From IMG/VR virus record IMGVR_UViG_3300044912_000278: 20,000 nucleotides of DNA; one strand, given 5' to 3'. Source of the DNA: an uncultured virus (IMG/VR IMGVR_UViG_3300044912_000278) (lineage: Duplodnaviria; Heunggongvirae; Uroviricota; Caudoviricetes). Positions 16,338 through 20,000 of this stretch are shown in pieces (position 1 is the stretch's first letter; each line of letters begins with the position of its first letter). The notes below the pieces were generated by a model. That model ran no database searches. It was not told the origin of the DNA and was given only the letters and a program-made list of their open reading frames with translations. Both the position numbers and the translations under genes were made by a program.

Positions 16338-16387
16338 TGTGATTTGTGGCTCACAAATACCATTTTGCAGCTTGTGGCCTGCCTACC
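16338..16387 (-). promoter_or_regulatory. tandem stem-loop element: GGTA-G-GCAG-GCCACAAG-CTGC and GGTA-TT-TGTGA-GCCACAAA-TCACA
   Basis: Two hairpins with different stems but the same 8 nt loop GCCACAAR and the same 5' GGTA, immediately upstream of the polB unit. Confidence 0.7.
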
Positions 16388-16406
16388 GTTTCGTGTTATA
16401 CTTATG

Positions 16407-16661
16407 TTAAATACGTTTTGTAACGTCTAAGATTGCTTCAACTTCTTCCCAATCTTCATTATGATCTGCCCAATTTCCTTTATGCGCTATCTTAATAGCT
16501 TTATTAATTACAGCAGGTTTAACTTGTAGTTCTTCTGCTACTGATTTTACAGTATCGCGTAAACCGGTTTGCAAGTCTTCAATTTCACGCAATACAAGTG
16601 AACCTTCATTGATTAATTTGTCAAGTTTAGATTTTTCTTCAGGACCGTATGCTCTGCTCAT
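16407..16661 (-). CDS. dsbA: T4 DsbA-like double-stranded DNA binding protein / transcriptional regulator
   Basis: 84 aa helical protein KLDKLINEG..VLREIEDL...DTVKSVAEEL.VKPAVINKAIKIAHK; SD GGAGA. Confidence 0.7.
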   Translation of the reverse strand: MSRAYGPEEKSKLDKLINEGSLVLREIEDLQTGLRDTVKSVAEELQVKPAVINKAIKIAHKGNWADHNEDWEEVEAILDVTKRI

Positions 16662-16693
16662 TTAATGTATCTCCGTTGTGTAGTAAAGTATGT

Positions 16694-16722
16694 ATTATAT
16701 ATTAAAATGCTCAATATGTCAA
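16694..16722 (-). promoter_or_regulatory. sigma70 consensus promoter TTGACA-N17-TATAAT
   Basis: tgtcaa 16717-16722, attata 16694-16699; immediately downstream of a terminator, upstream of dsbA-polB. Confidence 0.85.
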
Positions 16723-16743
16723 CTGGCATGGTAAAATGAAGAT

Positions 16744-16769
16744 AAAAAAAGGCAGATTAATCTGCCTTT
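16744..16769 (-). terminator. intrinsic terminator AAAGGCAGA-TTAA-TCTGCCTTTTTTT
   Basis: Perfect stem followed by 7 T on the minus strand, about 20 nt after the stop at 16788. Confidence 0.88.
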
Positions 16770-16787
16770 ATTTAGTACTAGTAAATA

Positions 16788-17654
16788 TTAGTGTGATAAA
16801 CTTTGCATTTGTTGTTGTACATCAGCTACATGTTTTTGTACGTCCGGATCACTGGTTTGACTAACAGATGCTAACAGGCTATTTAATTTAGCCATAATCG
16901 CAGCTTCACTGTTGTCAAATTGTGTCATATCCGGTGCTGCAGGTGCAGATGGTGCTGTCGGTGCTGTTGATGCTGCCGCCGGTTCATCAGATGGTTGATG
17001 TGATCTAGTATGATCTGCAGGCGTAGCACCTCCGCCATCAATACCTAGGTATTTTGCTTTTGCTGCGCGAGTTAATGGTCCTTCTTTACCGTCAAGTTCT
17101 AAATTTGCACCAAATTCATCATTTAAGAATTTTTGCAATTTTTGAACTTTTGGATCGCCTGTAAAATTAGCTTCTGGTTTAGCATCAGTTCCTGGTTTAA
17201 CTTCTGGTTTAACTTCTGGTTTAACTTCTGGTTTAACTTCTGGTTTAACTTCTGGTTTAACTTCTGAGTCGTCTGACCATGGCATTGTTGGCATCGATGG
17301 CATCGATGGCATTTTTCCTGTATCAAGTGCATGCATACCTGCAGCACCTGCTCCTGCAATACCAGCAACTGAAGTACGTCCACCCCATTTAGCTGCTGCT
17401 TTATCTGCATCGCTAGCTGCATTCCATGCACTTGCTGCGCCTTTGGGCTCTTTAAAACCTAAACCTCGTGCATAATTAAGTGCAGCAATTCCTTTACTTG
17501 CTAGCGATTCATTAGCTATTGATTCCATGTGTTCTTTCAATGAAGAAGACGCATATGTAGGAGTAGTTATTTCTGCAGTATGTGACGGATTGTCAATTAA
17601 TGCCAATCGATCGCGTAATAAAGCAATTGATTCTGTTAATGTAGTTGGTTTCAT
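16788..17654 (-). CDS. low-complexity putative virion protein with peptidoglycan-binding-like motif and (EVKP)6 repeat
   Basis: VQKLQKFLN...LELDGKEGPLTRAA resembles PG_binding_1; Gly/Ala hydrophobic stretch VAGIAGAGAAG. Confidence 0.8.
   Translation of the reverse strand: MKPTTLTESIALLRDRLALIDNPSHTAEITTPTYASSSLKEHMESIANESLASKGIAALNYARGLGFKEPKGAASAWNAASDADKAAAKWGGRTSVAGIAGAGAAGMHALDTGKMPSMPSMPTMPWSDDSEVKPEVKPEVKPEVKPEVKPEVKPGTDAKPEANFTGDPKVQKLQKFLNDEFGANLELDGKEGPLTRAAKAKYLGIDGGGATPADHTRSHQPSDEPAAASTAPTAPSAPAAPDMTQFDNSEAAIMAKLNSLLASVSQTSDPDVQKHVADVQQQMQSLSH
17192..17266. repeat. perfect 12 bp tandem repeat (ctggtttaactt) x6, encoding EVKP
   Basis: Six identical units 17192-17263 plus a partial unit. 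Confidence 0.95.
17281..17312. repeat. 9 bp tandem repeat (ggcatcgat-like) encoding MPSMPSMPTMP
   Basis: ggcattgtt ggcatcgat ggcatcgat ggcat. Confidence 0.8.
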
Positions 17655-19204
17655 ATTCTATTTTCTCGTATATAAGTTTTAATTGCTGCTCTAGTTAGCG
17701 GACCCATCTTGCCATCTGGCTCTAAATGTGCGCCTAGCGAATTTAAGTATTCTTGAAATTGTTTAACACCTAGTTTAGTTGCTGAAGTAGTCGCTGTATG
17801 CGCAGCAGGCACACTTGCAGCTGGTTTATCTAACGGTGGCGGACTAGGCATTGCTGCAGTCGGAGGTGCAGCTTGAGGTGGTTTAATTGCTATATCTTTT
17901 TTACCCACATCTGACGGTTTTGCCGCAGTAGCTGGTAATTGTTGCGCACGAGCTTGATCCTTAGCTTTCTCCATATCTAATGTTCGACCGATATTTATTG
18001 CATCTAACCCTAATGATGCTGCAGTACCAATTCCGGGAACTAGCGATACTAAACCGGATGCTGCAGCAATACCTGAACCTAAATAATCACCTTCTTTTGC
18101 TCGATCATATGCATCATATGCACCATATGCTGCGCCTAAACCCGGGATGAGTTTAGAGCCAGCCTTTGCTAATGCAGCTTTTCCTACAGTAGGTGCAGCA
18201 CTTTTTGTTGCAGAACCTGCTAATTTAGCCATATCTAGTGGGCTAGATTTTATAGCACTTTTTGCTGCAGCAGGTTTAAATTTGCTTGTGTCCATTGCGT
18301 TATACTTTGCATCGTTTACGCTCGCTGATGGCATTGGACTAGATCCATCAGCGTACCCAAAAGCCTCTAATAGTGCATCTGCTACGCCGTTAAATGATTC
18401 ATGCACTGCAGGTGTTGTAGGACGTGGAAGATTTGCCATCATTGCATTTAATTGTGCCCCTTTGTTACCCATGCCTGCTGTTATATCTTTAAGTGACGAA
18501 GATGCTTGATTTAAGTAATTTGCAATATTAGGTGGCGGTGTATTTCCTGAATATTGGGTGCTATAGTTACCACTACCGTTAGCAGGAACAGGAACCCCAT
18601 TAAACCCGGGCACTTTCATACCTTTAAGCATATCAGGAACTTGTTGCATATTAAATCCAGGTGATTGCATATTGCCCTGACTTGCAAAATTAGGAGTAAT
18701 TTGAGCTTGACCTGGTGTCTGTGACGTAACAGGTGCTGCACCTGCTGATGACATCGTAGCAGCAGCTCGTTTATTATGTAAATCAGTTAACTGTTTAAGT
18801 AACTCGTCAATTTGATGTAATTTATCAGCTAATTCATTATGTTGTGTAGAAATAGCCGCACTTTGAGTTTTTAAGTTGGCATTAGCAGCATCGAACACTC
18901 TATTGTTATCGAACCAGCCTGCTTGTGGAAGTTTTGCATTTGGTGGAAGTAATCCAGCAGCTGATAATTTTTCAGCAACTTCAAATGGAACTTCATCATC
19001 TTCATCACCGTCTACATCAACAAAATTGCCAGTAACTGGATCAACTAATCCTTCAAGATTGTTATCTTTTGCTAGCTTTGCTAATAACGGTAATCGTACT
19101 TTATCGTCTTGTTCGTATCCAGTAGTAGCAGCTACTACTGCACTCAATGTTAAACCTTCATTTAACATATCTAGTTTATTCATTAATGTTCTAAAATCCA
19201 TCAT
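17651..19204 (-). CDS. low-complexity putative virion protein with glycine-zipper-like segment and C-terminal peptidoglycan-binding-like motif (517 aa)
   Basis: KLIPGLGAAYGAYDAYDRAKEGDYLGSGIAAASGLVSLVPGIGTAASLGLDA; VKQFQEYLN...LEPDGKMGPLTRAAIK; SD GGAGG. Confidence 0.82.
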   Translation of the reverse strand: MMDFRTLMNKLDMLNEGLTLSAVVAATTGYEQDDKVRLPLLAKLAKDNNLEGLVDPVTGNFVDVDGDEDDEVPFEVAEKLSAAGLLPPNAKLPQAGWFDNNRVFDAANANLKTQSAAISTQHNELADKLHQIDELLKQLTDLHNKRAAATMSSAGAAPVTSQTPGQAQITPNFASQGNMQSPGFNMQQVPDMLKGMKVPGFNGVPVPANGSGNYSTQYSGNTPPPNIANYLNQASSSLKDITAGMGNKGAQLNAMMANLPRPTTPAVHESFNGVADALLEAFGYADGSSPMPSASVNDAKYNAMDTSKFKPAAAKSAIKSSPLDMAKLAGSATKSAAPTVGKAALAKAGSKLIPGLGAAYGAYDAYDRAKEGDYLGSGIAAASGLVSLVPGIGTAASLGLDAINIGRTLDMEKAKDQARAQQLPATAAKPSDVGKKDIAIKPPQAAPPTAAMPSPPPLDKPAASVPAAHTATTSATKLGVKQFQEYLNSLGAHLEPDGKMGPLTRAAIKTYIRENRI

Positions 19205-19790
19205 TTTCCTCCGGTGCCGGTTGATTAGGAACTATTTCATCATAATCATGCATAGTTAATACATCTCCGGATTTACTTAATTCAATTAACCGCGAGGTAA
19301 CATCATGTAAGTCCATGTCAGTTTGTGCATCTTCCCTAGCATATTCTAATATTCGAATTAATAACGGAATATCCATTGTTACTACATCTTTTGGGTTGTC
19401 TATAGATTCTACCGGACTACTATCCTGCATACCAGGACCAGCGACTGATTTAAATCCTGGATTTAAATCAGCGGTTGCTACTGATTCTCCCATTATTTTG
19501 TATGCAATTTTACGAGCATACATATTTAGATCTACTTTTTTTGCATAGTATTCTTGCTCATGTTCTTCAGCAGCTTCGGCCATATATTGTTTAAGTAATG
19601 ACGGTTTTGCAGGCTGTTTCTCATCTAGCTTAGTATAATGTTGCATAGCCATTTGAACAGGAAGTGCAACTTTATGTGGAGTAGAACCTTCGGTCACAAT
19701 TGACATGAATTTCTTCATGTCATTTGCACTTTCTATAGGAGCAGATGTCTTAACAGAATCCATTGCCTGTAGAATCTTCTTCATATCCAT
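19191..19790 (-). CDS. hypothetical phage protein (199 aa), possible head-internal protein
   Basis: ORF track; MDMKKILQAMD N-terminus; C-terminal DVVTMDIPLLIRILEYARED domain. Confidence 0.8.
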   Translation of the reverse strand: MDMKKILQAMDSVKTSAPIESANDMKKFMSIVTEGSTPHKVALPVQMAMQHYTKLDEKQPAKPSLLKQYMAEAAEEHEQEYYAKKVDLNMYARKIAYKIMGESVATADLNPGFKSVAGPGMQDSSPVESIDNPKDVVTMDIPLLIRILEYAREDAQTDMDLHDVTSRLIELSKSGDVLTMHDYDEIVPNQPAPEENDGF

Positions 19791-19792
19791 AA

Positions 19793-19999
19793 TTATCTAA
19801 TTACTCGTGAAGTAATTTCTCTCAAACGGCTTAATTCAACTGATTCTTTAACTACTTCTTTTTCTTTAGAAGATTTAATAGCTTTATCAATCGAACCTTT
19901 GTGTTCTTCTTTACCCGATTCAATTTTGCCATCACCGTCATAATCTTTATCAGCTTTTTCTTTAGCAGATTCTTTAATATTTTTCCACATTGCAGCAGC
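19793..19999 (-). CDS. C-terminal part of a charged phage protein, 5' end outside the window
   Basis: Frame stays open to the window edge (AAAMWKN...); contains DxDxDG loop DYDGDGKIESGKEE and C-terminal VKESVELSRLREI. Confidence 0.75.
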   Translation of the reverse strand, partial: AAAMWKNIKESAKEKADKDYDGDGKIESGKEEHKGSIDKAIKSSKEKEVVKESVELSRLREITSRVIR

Positions 20000-20000
20000 A

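Noticed and set aside
16399..16405. ATAAGTA as a late promoter variant before the tandem hairpins (also CTAAATA at 16769-16775)
   Set aside because: Short AT-rich matches arise easily by chance here; the second lies directly before a terminator. Too weak to call.
17192..17266. Possible CRISPR array
   Set aside because: Head-to-tail 12 bp units with no spacers, in frame inside a CDS.
316..17431. Alternative-frame minus-strand ORFs 316-513, 8058-8255, 9401-9742, 14192-14392, 17123-17431
   Set aside because: They overlap better-supported genes in another frame; 17123-17431 is just the 12 bp repeat read out of frame.
1206..19548. All + strand ORFs in the track (e.g. 1206-1481, 10649-10996, 15499-15828, 18147-18509, 18876-19259)
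   Set aside because: Antisense shadows of well-supported minus-strand genes, with no recognisable motifs.
1..20000. Stop-codon reassignment (alternative genetic code)
   Set aside because: Genes tile densely under the standard code, and TAA, TAG and TGA all end genes at sensible boundaries.
1..20000. tRNA, rRNA or mobile elements
   Set aside because: No cloverleaf-like sequence in the short intergenic gaps, and no transposase, integrase or homing endonuclease motifs seen.

Overview
AT-rich, gene-dense segment of a large T4-like (myovirus-type) dsDNA phage genome. All credible genes are on the minus strand. In transcription order (right to left) it holds four blocks. (1) Low-complexity, probably virion-internal proteins, two with peptidoglycan-binding motifs, closed by an intrinsic terminator. 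(2) A replication block: DsbA-like protein, small Cys-rich ORF, family B DNA polymerase and probable sliding clamp. (3) An extended 7-deazaguanine DNA-modification cluster: TGT-fold DpdA, unknown 174 aa protein, T-fold DpdL/QueD-like protein with LxxxHRHxF, GT-B glycosyltransferase, purine phosphoribosyltransferase, FolE and QueE, with no canonical QueD or QueC in the window. (4) A FEN-type 5'-3' exonuclease/RNase H, several hypotheticals and a MoxR-type AAA+ ATPase paired with an HEXXH (DUF2201-like) protein. Near-consensus sigma70 promoters and T4-late-like TAAATA boxes are visible. The most interesting items are the glycosyltransferase and PRTase inside the deazaguanine cluster, a clamp-binding-like motif shared by the polymerase and DpdA, and a tandem hairpin with a conserved GCCACAAR loop upstream of the polymerase. 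Family assignments come from motif recognition only; no database searches were run.
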